64,000 bases of DNA, taken from the NCBI GenBank assembly GCA_027451965.1, contig DAIDHJ010000001.1:23639-87638 (forward strand). The letters are read 5' to 3'. Both the position numbers and the translations under genes were made by a program. A model generated the notes under the pieces. The model ran no database searches, was not told the origin of the DNA, and was given only the letters and a program-made list of their open reading frames with translations. Shown piece by piece: positions 42,749 through 53,892 of the stretch. Every line of letters starts with the position of its first letter. The first letter of the stretch is position 1. Source of the stretch: Candidatus Adlerbacteria bacterium. Lineage in GTDB: Bacteria > Patescibacteriota > Minisyncoccia > Phycocordibacterales > SBAW01.

Positions 42749-44959
42749 ATGGCGCGTAAAAAGAAGGGTAAAACAACGGAAGAACGACCGTCATTTTCGC
42801 GTATTCCAGAGACAACAAAAAAGGCAACGTTAGTGATTCTGTTTGTGGTATTGGGCTGTTTCCTCGCCCTTGCCGGATTCGGCGGTGCGGGCATTGCCGG
42901 TACCGATGTATACGGTGCTATCACCTATATCGTGGGAATAGGGTACTTTCTTTTTCCCGTACTCGCCTTTCTTCTGGCCGGTACTATGTTCCGTGAAGAG
43001 CGCCCGGCGCTTGATATCCTGAAAGCAATCGTAAGCGTTCTTTTTATTCTCTCCGGATTAGGCTTGGTCGACATTCTCGCCGGCCATGGCGGTCTCTTGG
43101 GAGACCTGCTCGGCAAAGCGGCGCTGCGATACTTTGCCTTTTATGCCTCGCTCATCGTGCTCGGAGGTGTAACCCTCATCTCACTCCTTATTCTTCTTGG
43201 AGAAGCACTTCCATTCGGCTTGCTGGCTGCGGCAGGCAACGGCATCCTCTCTTTTCTGAGTTCATCGCTTGGACGGATACGTCTCAAACAAGATGCAGAT
43301 AAAGAAGACCTTCCGTATGAAACAGAACCTGAAGACTTGCCGGAAGCAGCGCCGGTAACGGTTCCAGAACCGGAGGAAGAAGTGTTTATTCCTTCTCCAA
43401 TCACAAAACCGGCGTCCGAGCCGGAACCCGCGCGAGCTCTGCGTTCCACCGCTTCACTGCTGAAAACGTTGCTGGGAACATACACTCCTCCCCCGCTGTC
43501 GCTGCTGGAGCGCGACCAAGGAAGGCCGGGTGTGGGAGATGTGAAGGCCAATGCAAACATCATCAAACGCACGCTGCAGAACTTCGGCATCACGGTTGAG
43601 TTGGATGAAATTTCCATCGGCCCATCAGTGACCCGCTACGCCATAAAACCGGCGGAAGGAGTCCGTTTGCAGAAAATTGTCTCTCTGCAAACCAATCTTG
43701 AACTTGCGCTTGCCGCCCATCCGGTGCGCATTGAAGCACCTATCCCTGGCAAATCGCTCGTCGGCATTGAAGTGCCGAACCACGCAAAAGTCACCGTGGG
43801 CCTCGGCACGCTCCTTGAAGCGCGGGAATTTTCAGAATCACACAAGCCGTTGCTCGTGGCGCTGGGGCGCGATATCGCCGGTGGATCCCATTTCGGCAAT
43901 GTCGCTAAGATGCCGCATGCGCTCATCGCCGGAGCAACCGGTTCAGGAAAATCCGTGACCATCCATGCGCTCATCACTTCCCTGCTCTACCGATGCGGGC
44001 CGCAGCAGCTGCGCTTCCTCATGATCGATCCGAAGCGCGTGGAGCTGACGCTCTATAACCGGCTGCCGCATTTGTTGTGTCCGGTCATTACTGATGCGAA
44101 AAAAGCAATCGTGGCGCTGCGCTGGGCAGGCAAAGAAATGGAACGGCGATATAACATACTTGAAACGGAACGCGTGCGCGACATTGAATCGTATCATCAG
44201 AACATTCTCACTCCTGCGCTTGAAAAGCTTCGAAAGAAAGGCGCTAGCGAGGAGGAAGCGCAGCTGCCTGAAGCAATGCCCTACATCGTGGTCGTTATCG
44301 ACGAACTTGCCGATATCATGCAGACATTCCCCCGCGAACTGGAAGCGGCCATTGTCCGCCTGGCACAGATGAGCCGCGCGGTGGGCATTCATCTCCTTAT
44401 TTCGACCCAGCGTCCGAGCGTGAATGTCATCACCGGTCTCATCAAGGCAAACATTCCTTCTCGTATTGCCCTGCAGGTTGCTTCACAAATAGATTCACGC
44501 ACCATTTTGGATCAGGCAGGTGCAGAAAAACTGCTTGGCGCCGGAGACATGCTGTATCTCTCTGGAGATATGAGCAAGCCAGTGCGTCTGCAAAGCGCCT
44601 TCATCAGCGAATCAGAGGTGAAAAAAGTGACCGATTTTATTACGAAGCACAATGAAGCAAGTTTGCCGGTAGATATCGCAGCACCGCAAAACGGCGACAA
44701 TGGCCTGCAGGCGTCAATATCACTGAGCGATGACGAAGACATCGACGATGATTTGTATGAAGCGGCGTACGCGGCAGTCATTGAAGCAGGAAAGGCATCC
44801 ACATCCTACTTGCAACGAAAACTGCGTGTCGGATACGCCCGCGCCGCCCGTCTTATGGACGTACTTGAGGAACGCGGCGTCATCGGACCGCAAGACGGCG
44901 CCAAGCCGCGCGAAGTGCTCACTAAAGGAGACATGGAAACCCCTACTGCGGTAGAGTAG
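42749..44959 (+). CDS. ftsK: DNA translocase FtsK/SpoIIIE
   Basis: N-terminal TM segments, Pro/Glu-rich linker, Walker A GATGSGKS, C-terminal gamma wHTH domain. Confidence 0.9.
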   Translation: MARKKKGKTTEERPSFSRIPETTKKATLVILFVVLGCFLALAGFGGAGIAGTDVYGAITYIVGIGYFLFPVLAFLLAGTMFREERPALDILKAIVSVLFILSGLGLVDILAGHGGLLGDLLGKAALRYFAFYASLIVLGGVTLISLLILLGEALPFGLLAAAGNGILSFLSSSLGRIRLKQDADKEDLPYETEPEDLPEAAPVTVPEPEEEVFIPSPITKPASEPEPARALRSTASLLKTLLGTYTPPPLSLLERDQGRPGVGDVKANANIIKRTLQNFGITVELDEISIGPSVTRYAIKPAEGVRLQKIVSLQTNLELALAAHPVRIEAPIPGKSLVGIEVPNHAKVTVGLGTLLEAREFSESHKPLLVALGRDIAGGSHFGNVAKMPHALIAGATGSGKSVTIHALITSLLYRCGPQQLRFLMIDPKRVELTLYNRLPHLLCPVITDAKKAIVALRWAGKEMERRYNILETERVRDIESYHQNILTPALEKLRKKGASEEEAQLPEAMPYIVVVIDELADIMQTFPRELEAAIVRLAQMSRAVGIHLLISTQRPSVNVITGLIKANIPSRIALQVASQIDSRTILDQAGAEKLLGAGDMLYLSGDMSKPVRLQSAFISESEVKKVTDFITKHNEASLPVDIAAPQNGDNGLQASISLSDDEDIDDDLYEAAYAAVIEAGKASTSYLQRKLRVGYARAARLMDVLEERGVIGPQDGAKPREVLTKGDMETPTAVE

Positions 44960-44964
44960 AGGTC

Positions 44965-45327
44965 ATGGTGCGCCAAGGAATACTACTGCTGTACATAGGA
45001 ATCATCAGTGCTGCCCTCATTGCCGGATATACCCTGTTTGAAGGGCATAAGCTGCTAGAAGGACCGCAAATCAGTATTGCGAGCCCTCGAGATGGGAGTG
45101 CAACCTCTTCCCCAATGGTGCTGGTCTCAGGCGAGGCCTATAACATTGCGTTTTTGAGCATCGATAACGCTCCTGCGTACGTAGATACCAAGGGCCACTT
45201 TATGGAGGTCATTTCCCCGCCGCCGGGGTATAGTGTACTCACAGTGACCGCCAAGGATCAGTTCGGACGCACTGTCTCCAAGGTGGTGCACTTCACGGTC
45301 ACCAATTACTGTCCGCTTAATGCATAA
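44965..45327 (+). CDS. hypothetical small exported/membrane-anchored protein
   Basis: 120 aa with an N-terminal hydrophobic helix, lying between ftsK and recA in the same operon. Confidence 0.45.
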   Translation: MVRQGILLLYIGIISAALIAGYTLFEGHKLLEGPQISIASPRDGSATSSPMVLVSGEAYNIAFLSIDNAPAYVDTKGHFMEVISPPPGYSVLTVTAKDQFGRTVSKVVHFTVTNYCPLNA

Positions 45328-45332
45328 CAAGC

Positions 45333-46412
45333 ATGATCAAAGAAAAAACAAAGAAAAAATCTGCGACTCCAGTCAAAGTAAAGGACACCAGCGCCATTGA
45401 CGCGGCAATCCGGGAAATAAAAACAAAATTTGGTGACGAAGCCATTATGAAGCTGGGAGATACTCCTCGAGTCAATGTTGATGCTGTTCCTTCCGGATCG
45501 ATCGGTCTTGATTGGGCGCTCGGCATCGGCGGCTATCCGCGGGGCCGCATTATTGAAGTGTTCGGCCCGGAATCCTCCGGCAAAACGACACTGAGCCTGC
45601 ATGCCATTGCCGAAGCGCAAAAGAAAGGCGGCGTCTGCGCCTTTATAGACGCTGAACACGCACTTGATCCGGAATATGCAAAACGGATCGGCGTAAACAC
45701 CAACAATCTCCTGGTATCACAGCCAGATACCGGCGAACAGGCGCTCGAAATCGTAGAAAGCCTCGTGCGCTCGGGAAAGGTGGATATCATCGTGGTTGAC
45801 TCTGTCGCCGCTCTCACTCCCAAGGACGAAATTGAGGGAGATATGGGGCAGGCGCATGTCGGCAAACAGGCACGCTTGATGTCGCAGGCATTGCGCAAGC
45901 TCACCAGTATCGTCGCTAAAAGCAAAACGGTGGTCATTTTCATCAACCAGATACGCATGCAGATCGGTGTCATGTTCGGCAATCCGGAAACCACTCCGGG
46001 AGGAAAAGCGCTCAAGTTCTATACCTCAGTACGACTTGATATCCGTCGCGTAGCACAGATTAAAAAAGGAGAAGAGGTGGTCGGCGGCCGGCATCGCGTA
46101 AAAGTCGTGAAGAACAAAGTGGCTGCTCCCTTCCGAAACGTTGAATTTGATCTCCTCTACAACGAAGGTATTTCACGAGAAGGAGAATTGATCGCCTTGG
46201 GAGAAAAACTTGGTGTCATTCAGAAAAGCGGAGCTGCATACGCGTTCCATGATGAAAAACTGGGACGAGGATACGATGCAACCCGCACCTACCTCCGGGA
46301 AAACAAGAAAACGGCGAGCGAAGTACTCAAGGAGATACGCAAGTGCCTGGAGGAAAACGCTACGCTAAAGAAGACTTCCGAGCACGCGGCAGAAGACGAA
46401 GCGAGCGAATAA
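45333..46412 (+). CDS. recA: recombinase RecA
   Basis: [10 protein letters not shown] Walker A, L1/L2 loop regions. 359 aa. Confidence 0.95.
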   Translation: MIKEKTKKKSATPVKVKDTSAIDAAIREIKTKFGDEAIMKLGDTPRVNVDAVPSGSIGLDWALGIGGYPRGRIIEVFGPESSGKTTLSLHAIAEAQKKGGVCAFIDAEHALDPEYAKRIGVNTNNLLVSQPDTGEQALEIVESLVRSGKVDIIVVDSVAALTPKDEIEGDMGQAHVGKQARLMSQALRKLTSIVAKSKTVVIFINQIRMQIGVMFGNPETTPGGKALKFYTSVRLDIRRVAQIKKGEEVVGGRHRVKVVKNKVAAPFRNVEFDLLYNEGISREGELIALGEKLGVIQKSGAAYAFHDEKLGRGYDATRTYLRENKKTASEVLKEIRKCLEENATLKKTSEHAAEDEASE

Positions 46413-46698
46413 TATCAGTACTAAGAAGCAGGAGCGCGCCTGCTCCCACCAACAACGCTACCTGTACCACTATTTTCGTTCGCATCACCGCTGCGAGCAG
46501 GAACGTACCAATGCCAAGCAATCCATGATTTGCCACGGAGAAAAGATTGGTGAGTACATGCGGCACGGAAACAAGAGTCGCAATGCCGATCAAAGAAAGC
46601 AGAAGCACGTAGGATTCAAATGCCAAGCGGGTCGTACACAGACGCGCTACATAAATGATGCGTACGGTTGCCATGACGTGTTTTTCTATAGTGCTCAT
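46360..46698 (-). CDS. small two-TM membrane protein, candidate anti-sigma factor (by position only)
   Basis: Start overlaps the stop of the upstream ECF sigma gene. The 3' end overlaps the convergent recA by about 50 nt. Confidence 0.4.
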   Translation of the reverse strand: MSTIEKHVMATVRIIYVARLCTTRLAFESYVLLLSLIGIATLVSVPHVLTNLFSVANHGLLGIGTFLLAAVMRTKIVVQVALLVGAGALLLLSTDIIRSLRLLPRARKSSLA

Positions 46699-47327
46699 AT
46701 GCTACGGGTTACTGATTGATATAGTTTTCTAAATTCACGCTTGGCCCGGTGCACGCGCGTCTTGATTGCTCCCACCGATACTCCTTCGATCTGCGCCATT
46801 TCCTCCTGAGATCGGCCTTCAAGAAAGAAAAGAGTGAGAACGCGGGCAAACAAGGGTGACATGCGGGATAGCACCGATGCGACTTCATCAGTGAGCTCAC
46901 GCTTTTCAAACTGGCGGCTTTCCTGATCAGGAATGAGCTGCCACAATTCATCTTCAAGCATCACTGCGTGCTGATTCTGGCGTTTCCGTTTCTGGTAGTG
47001 CGACAGTGCGACATTGATGAGAATACGATAGCCCCACGAAGAAAATTGAGCGCCTTCCTGTTTTTTAAACCGTCCGGCATTGAGATATATTTTAGTGAAG
47101 GCTTCCTGCACAATGTCCTGCGCTGCCTCCTCATCCCGGATGATGCTGAGTGCCTTTCGCAGGAACGGTTGCTCATATTTGCGCACCAATGCCGCAAACG
47201 CAGAGGGGTGTGATACGGAAAGGGCCAGTATTTCCTCGTCAGGACGATTGAGTTCTGACTGTTCCATGTCCACAGGATATATCATTGCGTACCGTTTACA
47301 ACAGATGAGATGCTTCGCACGTTTCAA
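46695..47327 (-). CDS. RNA polymerase sigma factor, ECF (sigma-70 region 2 + region 4)
   Basis: Region 2: QDIVQEAFTKIYLNAGRF. Region 4 HTH: EEMAQIEGVSVGAIKTRVHRAKREFRK. The true start may be an internal Met (MIYPVDMEQ). Confidence 0.8.
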   Translation of the reverse strand: MKRAKHLICCKRYAMIYPVDMEQSELNRPDEEILALSVSHPSAFAALVRKYEQPFLRKALSIIRDEEAAQDIVQEAFTKIYLNAGRFKKQEGAQFSSWGYRILINVALSHYQKRKRQNQHAVMLEDELWQLIPDQESRQFEKRELTDEVASVLSRMSPLFARVLTLFFLEGRSQEEMAQIEGVSVGAIKTRVHRAKREFRKLYQSVTRSI

Positions 47328-47396
47328 CGTATCCTCGACAGACGCGTATTTTTGCCTATACTAGGCACATCGCCTACCAAGGCACCTTTTTATTAC

Positions 47397-47966
47397 ATGC
47401 TTGAATACAACGAAATTTTGCCCAAAAAAGTGATTCTCTTCGATGGCAATCCCTACGAGGTACTGGATGCGCACGTGTTTCGAAAACAGCAGCGTAAACC
47501 GGTCAATCAAACCAAGCTGCGCAACCTTATTACCGGAAAAGTGACCGAACAGGCATTTCATGTGGCGGACAAGGTGGACGAAGCCGACCTGACGACACGT
47601 ACCGTGAAATACCTCTATCATCATCGGGATGAATGGTGGTTCTGTGACGAAAAAGATCAGAGTAATCGGTTTTCTCTTCCTGAATCAATCGTCGGCACGC
47701 CAGGAACTTTTCTCAAACCCAATACGTTGGTTGAAGCGCTCGTATTCAATGAGGGGATCATTGCGCTTCGTGTGCCGATAAAAGTGGAGCTCACAGTGAA
47801 AGAAGCTCCGCCGGCGGTACGCGGGAACACTGCCCAAGGCGGCAACAAGCAGGTAGTACTCGAGACGGGCGCCGTAGTGAATGTTCCTCTCTTCGTTAAC
47901 GAAGGCGATGTACTCCGTATCAATACGGAACTGGGAACGTACGTAGAACGCGTAGAAAAGCGCTAA
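47397..47966 (+). CDS. efp: elongation factor P
   Basis: Start at MLEYNEILPKKVILFDGNPYEVLD (KOW-like domain I). The ORF-track extension from 47310 is upstream read-through. Confidence 0.8.
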   Translation: MLEYNEILPKKVILFDGNPYEVLDAHVFRKQQRKPVNQTKLRNLITGKVTEQAFHVADKVDEADLTTRTVKYLYHHRDEWWFCDEKDQSNRFSLPESIVGTPGTFLKPNTLVEALVFNEGIIALRVPIKVELTVKEAPPAVRGNTAQGGNKQVVLETGAVVNVPLFVNEGDVLRINTELGTYVERVEKR

Positions 47967-47975
47967 ATGTAGGAG

Positions 47976-48170
47976 TTAGCGGATGATATACGGCAGGAGT
48001 GCCATGTATCGAGCCTGCTTGATGACTTTTGCAAGTGCTCGCTGATTCACCAATGAAAGACCAGTGCGGCGGCGTGGAAGTATCTTCCCGTGTGGATTAA
48101 GAAACTGCCGCAATGTTTCAACATCTTTGTAATCAATTTTCTGAAATTGTGGTTTCGTATCGTTATTCAT
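47976..48170 (-). CDS. rpsR: 30S ribosomal protein S18
   Basis: 64 aa, [17 protein letters not shown]...[11 protein letters not shown]. Confidence 0.9.
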   Translation of the reverse strand: MNNDTKPQFQKIDYKDVETLRQFLNPHGKILPRRRTGLSLVNQRALAKVIKQARYMALLPYIIR

Positions 48171-48178
48171 AGGCCTTG

Positions 48179-48613
48179 TTAAAATGGTATATCGTCTGGA
48201 TTAATGTCTTCTTCCGGATATTCGATCACATCCTCCTTTGGTGCTATTGGAAGCTCCTCTCCTGCCGCAGAAGCTGCCCCAGTACCAGCGCTTCGGGGAC
48301 CAAACTGGATGCGCTCAGCGATGATTTCGGTTCGATACTGTTTTCCTTTCTCCCCTTCCCAGCTCCTGGTTTGCAGTCTTCCTTCTACAAATACACCACT
48401 GCCTTTGCGTAAATACTGACCGCATGTTTCCGCCTGCCTACCAAATACTACGATGTTATGGTATTCAACCTGCTCTTGTTTTGAGCCATCCGCTTTTTTG
48501 AATACTCGATTGGTAGCAATGCTGAATGAGCATACCTGCCCTCCGGAAGGAAGGGCGCGCAATTCCGGATCGCGAGTAAGATTGCCGTATACTAATGCCT
48601 TGTTGATGTACAT
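48179..48613 (-). CDS. ssb: single-stranded DNA-binding protein
   Basis: OB fold and acidic C-terminal tail ending DIPF. Confidence 0.9.
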   Translation of the reverse strand: MYINKALVYGNLTRDPELRALPSGGQVCSFSIATNRVFKKADGSKQEQVEYHNIVVFGRQAETCGQYLRKGSGVFVEGRLQTRSWEGEKGKQYRTEIIAERIQFGPRSAGTGAASAAGEELPIAPKEDVIEYPEEDINPDDIPF

Positions 48614-48615
48614 AG

Positions 48616-49083
48616 TTAGGATACGAGCGCCTCTATCGATTTATCCAGATCCTCATCGGATACCTCTTCACTCTTTTCCGAGGCGACCGTCGGTTTCTGA
48701 ATGGTTGCGCCTTCGAGTCGGTCCGAGATGAATACTGCTCGGCGCGGTGTCACCATTTCGCTGCGCGTCGCTTCAACGATGATGAACCGGAGCACGTTGT
48801 ACATGTTCTTATACGCTTCTGAGAGAGCCGGTATTGCCTGGGACTCCGCGGTAAACTTTATCCAACCGAAATAGCTTTCGGTATATTTCTCCCGCTTGCC
48901 GGATATGGAGCGCTCAATACGATATGCAAGCGTCATGCGCTCTGGAAGGTGTTCGGTGACGATATGTGCCCCCTGCTTGCTGAGCGCGGCACGGATAGCA
49001 TCCACGCTGTCCTGCACTGCTTTTTCATCAAGTACGGGCAAGAGATGGAAGCCGACCTCATAGGCGGTTTCTTGTTCCTGCAT
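48616..49083 (-). CDS. rpsF: 30S ribosomal protein S6
   Basis: Start at MQEQETAYEVGFHLLP. Classic rpsF-ssb-rpsR arrangement. Confidence 0.8.
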   Translation of the reverse strand: MQEQETAYEVGFHLLPVLDEKAVQDSVDAIRAALSKQGAHIVTEHLPERMTLAYRIERSISGKREKYTESYFGWIKFTAESQAIPALSEAYKNMYNVLRFIIVEATRSEMVTPRRAVFISDRLEGATIQKPTVASEKSEEVSDEDLDKSIEALVS

Positions 49084-49175
49084 CCCAGATGGAGTGGGAG
49101 CAGCGTTCGCTTGGGTGAAAGCCGATGTAGCGGCTTGCGACGTTTCTGCCATGCAAGCACCCTACCACAGCCAAC

Positions 49176-49955
49176 CTACGAGCGCAAGGAAAAGGCTTTT
49201 TGGGCATTTGCCGCCACTTGTTCCCCTAACTCCGCAAGTGGTATGCCCTTAATATTCGCTATTTTCTCCAGGACGTGTGCCACATACACCGGCTCATTTC
49301 GTTTTCCACGATACGGCACCGGTGCGGCAAACGGCGTATCTGTTTCAGTCAGTATGGCAGCAAGCGGCGCTACTCGTATGGAGTCGTCGTACATGTCCGT
49401 ATAGGTGATAGGTCCAGGAAAAGAGAGATAGCTTCCTAGGGCAAGATATTGCTGCGCCAGTGCACCGGAACCGGTAAAGAAATGCATGACAATCTGTAGC
49501 GCATCGCCATGGAGTTCTTTATACTTCGTCAGCAGCATAAGCATGTCCTCATGCGCTTCCCGACAATGAATGATCAGTGGTTTTCGCAAGGAAACGGCGA
49601 GAGCAACGTGCTGGGCAAACCGTTCTTGCTGCAATGCTCGTTCTTCTTGTGTTTTTGCAGAACGAAAGTAATCGAGTCCGCATTCCCCTATCGCCACTAC
49701 TTTCGGATGCTCCGCAAGCGATCTGAATCCCTCCATATCGAACTCCTCTTCTGGATTGTCATTGGGATGCAAACCCACTGACGCCCATAAAAAATCCTGC
49801 TGCGCGGCAAGCGCGACTGCAGCAGCACTGAGTGCCATATCGGTGCCAACGACGATTGCTCCCATATTCTGTTCCCGCATGCGGGTAAGTACTGCGTCGC
49901 GGTCAGTATCAAATTGCGAGAACTGCACATGGCAGTGTGCATCAAATAGTTTCAT
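49176..49955 (-). CDS. tatD: TatD-family metal-dependent hydrolase (DNase)
   Basis: MKLFDAHCHVQF..., TIM-barrel His/Asp motifs. Confidence 0.85.
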   Translation of the reverse strand: MKLFDAHCHVQFSQFDTDRDAVLTRMREQNMGAIVVGTDMALSAAAVALAAQQDFLWASVGLHPNDNPEEEFDMEGFRSLAEHPKVVAIGECGLDYFRSAKTQEERALQQERFAQHVALAVSLRKPLIIHCREAHEDMLMLLTKYKELHGDALQIVMHFFTGSGALAQQYLALGSYLSFPGPITYTDMYDDSIRVAPLAAILTETDTPFAAPVPYRGKRNEPVYVAHVLEKIANIKGIPLAELGEQVAANAQKAFSLRS

Positions 49956-49960
49956 ATGGA

Positions 49961-51391
49961 TTACTCTTTTCGAGGAAACAGCGTTGGAGGTTTTTTATTT
50001 TCGCGCAGCGCCTTCTGCATGATTTCAGCAGTAGCGGGCATAAAAGGCATGAGCATGACAGCAATCCCCTGCAGTCGTATCACTACGTCCCGGATGAGCG
50101 CCTTTCCTTTTTCGGAATCCTCTTTCACGACCCGAAACGGCTCCTGTTCGGTTATAGCCTGATTCAGGCCGGCAATTTCTGTAAAAATAATTTCCATTGC
50201 ACGGTTAATATCCAAAGCAGCAAATGCTTCTCGAAAGGAAACTGGCATTTCTTCCTGAGAGGAAATTGGTTGCGATAGATGTGCTTCTGAAAGAGTCATG
50301 ATACGGCTTACCAAATTACCCAGTCCGTTTGCCAGATGCGCATTGTATGCATCTTTGAATGCCTCTCGTGTCATGTCACCGTCCTCAAACAGCGCGATGT
50401 GACGTGCTAGAAAATATCGCACGGCATCGGTGCCATATTCCGAGAGCAGTTCCTGCGGATCAATGACGTTGCCGAGCGTCTTGGACATTTTTTTTCCGCC
50501 CGAGGTGATAAATCCATGTACGAGGAGTGTCTGAGGTAGCGGCAACTCTGCAGAAAGAAGCATTGCCGGCCAGATAGCGGCGTGAAAGCGAAGAATATCT
50601 TTTCCCAGCACCTGCACTGCTGCGGGCCAGAAGAGGTCATACAGCGTTGAATCGGTACCGTACCCAAGTGCCGTAAGGTAATTGGAGAGTGCATCGCACC
50701 ATACATACATGACTTGCGACGGATCTTCCGGAATCGGTACGCCCAGACCCTTCGGCCAATCTGCGCGACGAGGACGCGAAAAACTTACATCTTCAAGTCC
50801 GCGATCGATAAATGCGAGAATTTCATGCTTGCGCGAAGCAGGGATGATATGTAGACGGTCGGAGACGATCGCTTCGCGCAGGGCATCTCCATATCGCGAA
50901 AGACGGAAAAAGTAATTTCGTTCTTTCAGGTGTTCCGGCTTCAAGTTATGATCAGGACATACCCCATCTACAAGATCTTTCTCGGTGATGAATGCCTCAT
51001 GTCCTGTGCAATAGAGACCTTCATACTCTTTTTCATACAGATCTCCGGCGGCAGCAAGCCGCCGCCACAGTTCCTGCGCGCCTGGCCAATGCCGCTTTTG
51101 ATCAGTGGTGCGAATAAACTGATCACATGAGATATTGAGCGTTCCGTACAATCCATGAAACTGCGCGACAATCTCTTCTAGAAACTGAAGCGGTTCTTTA
51201 CCGGCGCTGCGCGCCGCATCGACCATTTTTTGCGTATTTTCGTCGGAACCCGAAAGAAAATATACCGATTCGCCGAGCTGTCGGTGATATCGAGCAATAA
51301 TGTCGGCGACAGTAGTGGTATAGGCATGCCCCATATGGAGCTTCGCGTTGGGATAAAAAATAGGAGTAGTGATGTAAAAGCCTTTTGCCAT
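49961..51391 (-). CDS. metG: methionine--tRNA ligase (short form, no C-terminal tRNA-binding domain)
   Basis: HIGH-type motif HMGHAY and KMSKT. Confidence 0.9.
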   Translation of the reverse strand: MAKGFYITTPIFYPNAKLHMGHAYTTTVADIIARYHRQLGESVYFLSGSDENTQKMVDAARSAGKEPLQFLEEIVAQFHGLYGTLNISCDQFIRTTDQKRHWPGAQELWRRLAAAGDLYEKEYEGLYCTGHEAFITEKDLVDGVCPDHNLKPEHLKERNYFFRLSRYGDALREAIVSDRLHIIPASRKHEILAFIDRGLEDVSFSRPRRADWPKGLGVPIPEDPSQVMYVWCDALSNYLTALGYGTDSTLYDLFWPAAVQVLGKDILRFHAAIWPAMLLSAELPLPQTLLVHGFITSGGKKMSKTLGNVIDPQELLSEYGTDAVRYFLARHIALFEDGDMTREAFKDAYNAHLANGLGNLVSRIMTLSEAHLSQPISSQEEMPVSFREAFAALDINRAMEIIFTEIAGLNQAITEQEPFRVVKEDSEKGKALIRDVVIRLQGIAVMLMPFMPATAEIMQKALRENKKPPTLFPRKE

Positions 51392-51405
51392 GAATGAAAG
51401 CGGTT

Positions 51406-52470
51406 TCAGGATACCTCGTGCTTGGCGTTTTCCAGACGCGCAAGCGAGCGCCGCTTTTCACTATCCACGTCGCTGATAAATTCTTGTATGGCGGTAGCAA
51501 TCGGTACTGCAAGAAGCGCCCCTAAGAAACCGGCCAGCTTAAATCCTATAAGCATTGAGAGAATAACGAGAATCGGCGGCACACCAACCACTTTCTTTAC
51601 CACCACTGGATAAATGAGATGCGCTTCAAACTGCTGCACGATAAGGTATAGACCGGTCACTACTAGGCCAGTAGTCACTCCTCCGGTAGTAAATCCGATG
51701 ACAATGGCCGGCACCGCAGCCAGATATTGGCCGAATACCGGAATGAGTTCGAATACCGCCGCTACTACGGCAAGCAGCAATGCATACTGCACACCGATGA
51801 TGAGTAAGCCGAGATAAAGGAGTATGCCGACGAGCACAGCGAGCACTAACTGCCCTTGCATCCATTTTCCTATTTTTTCCTGGGAGCGTTTCCACAGATT
51901 GAGCACGTACGGCTGCTTATCAACCGGCGTAACAATGCGCAGAAAATTCTCTACACCCGTATCCTGCACTGAAAAATAAAATGACAGGATCAGTATCAGG
52001 AAGAATGAAGTGAGACCGCCGAAGAATGCTGAAAGCGCCGCAAGCGCGCTGCCGCTTGAGGTGGCAATACCGCCAGAAATGCTGTTAAGCAGATCCGCAG
52101 AAGAAAGCGCACTATTTCCTAGAGGAATCAGTCCGTGAGTGAATTCGGTGATATTGAATGACCCTAAGACGCCGGGAAGCTGACGAAGAAATGTTGCCGT
52201 GTCATTCAGAAGCGGTGGAACAAAGAAAAATACCAATGCCAGTAAAATTGCCACTACTGTGAGATAGAGAATCACCACGCCGAGCACGCGACTAACATGA
52301 TGTCGTTGGAGAAATATGATTCCCGGTTCCAATGCTGATGCGATTACGATCGATGCAAGCACAATGAGCACCAAGTCTCGTATATACCAGACAAATACCA
52401 GTAATAAGATAAAAAGGAGTGCCGTAATGATGCTTCCGGAACTGACATGTACATGTACATCCTTATTCAT
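51406..52470 (-). CDS. AI-2E family transporter (UPF0118 permease)
   Basis: 354 aa, about 8 TM segments, typical family topology. Confidence 0.7.
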   Translation of the reverse strand: MNKDVHVHVSSGSIITALLFILLLVFVWYIRDLVLIVLASIVIASALEPGIIFLQRHHVSRVLGVVILYLTVVAILLALVFFFVPPLLNDTATFLRQLPGVLGSFNITEFTHGLIPLGNSALSSADLLNSISGGIATSSGSALAALSAFFGGLTSFFLILILSFYFSVQDTGVENFLRIVTPVDKQPYVLNLWKRSQEKIGKWMQGQLVLAVLVGILLYLGLLIIGVQYALLLAVVAAVFELIPVFGQYLAAVPAIVIGFTTGGVTTGLVVTGLYLIVQQFEAHLIYPVVVKKVVGVPPILVILSMLIGFKLAGFLGALLAVPIATAIQEFISDVDSEKRRSLARLENAKHEVS

Positions 52471-52479
52471 ATATCTATG

Positions 52480-53862
52480 TTATACCGCAAGCTTCTCGCG
52501 CAACAAGGAAAGTAGCTCTTCGAGGGATACGCGTTCTTGGGAAGCGCTATCCCTATCCCGGAGAGTAACCGTATTGTCTGCAAGCGTGTCAAAATCGATA
52601 GTGATGCACCAGGGCGTGCCGATCTCATCTTGGCGCCGATAGCGCTTCCCAATGTTTCCGTTATCGTCCCACATGACATGGTAGAGTTCCGGTTTAAGCA
52701 TGCGATACACCGCCTTCGCTTTTTCCACCAGCTCTGGCTTGTTTTTAAGCAAAGGAAACACGGCAACTTTTATCGGAGAGAGGTGTGGCGGAAATCGTAG
52801 ATAGGTTCTCGCTTCCCCGCCCACGGTATCAGTGGTATACGCCTTCGTAATAACGGCGAGCAGATGCCGCCCAAGCCCGAATGTCGGTTCAAGCACATGC
52901 GGCAGAAGTTTTTCGTTTGAAACAGGATCGGTATAGTGAAGTTCAACGCCGCTATGCGTCATATGGCTGCGAAGATCAAAATCAGTACGGTACGCCAATC
53001 CGGCAATTTCTTTAAACCCCATCGGATAGCGGAAATAAAAATCGAGCGTACGTTTTGAGTAATGGGCACGTTCCTGCGCCGGCACTTCCACTTCTTTAAT
53101 ATCGTCCTTAGCAAATCCCAGTAATGCGAACCATGCGTGCATTTCTGTTTGCCAGTAGGAAAAGAGTTCTTGCCATTGCGATTCAGGCATAAAATACTCG
53201 AGTTCCATGATTTCAAGTTCTCGCACGCGAAATATAAAATCGCGCGGAGCAATTTCGTTCCGGAACGCCTTCCCGATCTGCGCGATACCGAACGGAAGTT
53301 TTGGATGATATGCATCGACGATATTCTTGAAATTCACAAACATCCCCTGCGCTGTTTCCGGGCGCAAGTATACCGTATGCTCATCTCCCTCTACGGGACC
53401 GATAGAGCTTCGGAACATCATATTGAACTGCTGTGGCTCCGTCAGTTCATTACCCTCAGGAGAGCGAATTCCTTTTTCCATAATCGTTTTTCCAATAGCT
53501 TCCAAGGACATACCCGAAGGATCGATGCCATGTTCTTCAAGCAGATGGTCTGCCCGATACCGCTTGTGTGTCTTCTTATCCTCCACTAACGGATCATGAA
53601 AGCCGCCGACATGACCGCTCGCTTCCCAGATTCGCTTATTCATGAGTATGGCGCTCTCTATGCCATACATATCGTCACGCCTGTCCACAAAGCGCCGCCA
53701 CCACGCCTCGGAGATATTATTTTTGAGCATGAGGCCGAGCGGTCCGTAGTCCCACGTACCAGCCAATCCGCCATATATTTCCGATCCTTGGAAGATAAAT
53801 CCTCGCCGTTTGCACAGCGATACAATAGCTTCCATGCTCTTTTCTTCCATATCGGCCATCAT
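52480..53862 (-). CDS. glyQS: glycine--tRNA ligase (class II, alpha2 type)
   Basis: FQGSEIYGGLAGTWDYGPLG and class II motifs. 460 aa. Confidence 0.9.
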   Translation of the reverse strand: MMADMEEKSMEAIVSLCKRRGFIFQGSEIYGGLAGTWDYGPLGLMLKNNISEAWWRRFVDRRDDMYGIESAILMNKRIWEASGHVGGFHDPLVEDKKTHKRYRADHLLEEHGIDPSGMSLEAIGKTIMEKGIRSPEGNELTEPQQFNMMFRSSIGPVEGDEHTVYLRPETAQGMFVNFKNIVDAYHPKLPFGIAQIGKAFRNEIAPRDFIFRVRELEIMELEYFMPESQWQELFSYWQTEMHAWFALLGFAKDDIKEVEVPAQERAHYSKRTLDFYFRYPMGFKEIAGLAYRTDFDLRSHMTHSGVELHYTDPVSNEKLLPHVLEPTFGLGRHLLAVITKAYTTDTVGGEARTYLRFPPHLSPIKVAVFPLLKNKPELVEKAKAVYRMLKPELYHVMWDDNGNIGKRYRRQDEIGTPWCITIDFDTLADNTVTLRDRDSASQERVSLEELLSLLREKLAV

Positions 53863-53892
53863 ACTCTGGATTGGATGTTTGAGAAAACACTA

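Noticed and set aside
46413-46470. GCAGG-AGCGCGC-CCTGC hairpin just after recA, considered as a terminator
   Set aside because: No T-tract follows it, and it lies inside the convergent minus-strand ORF.
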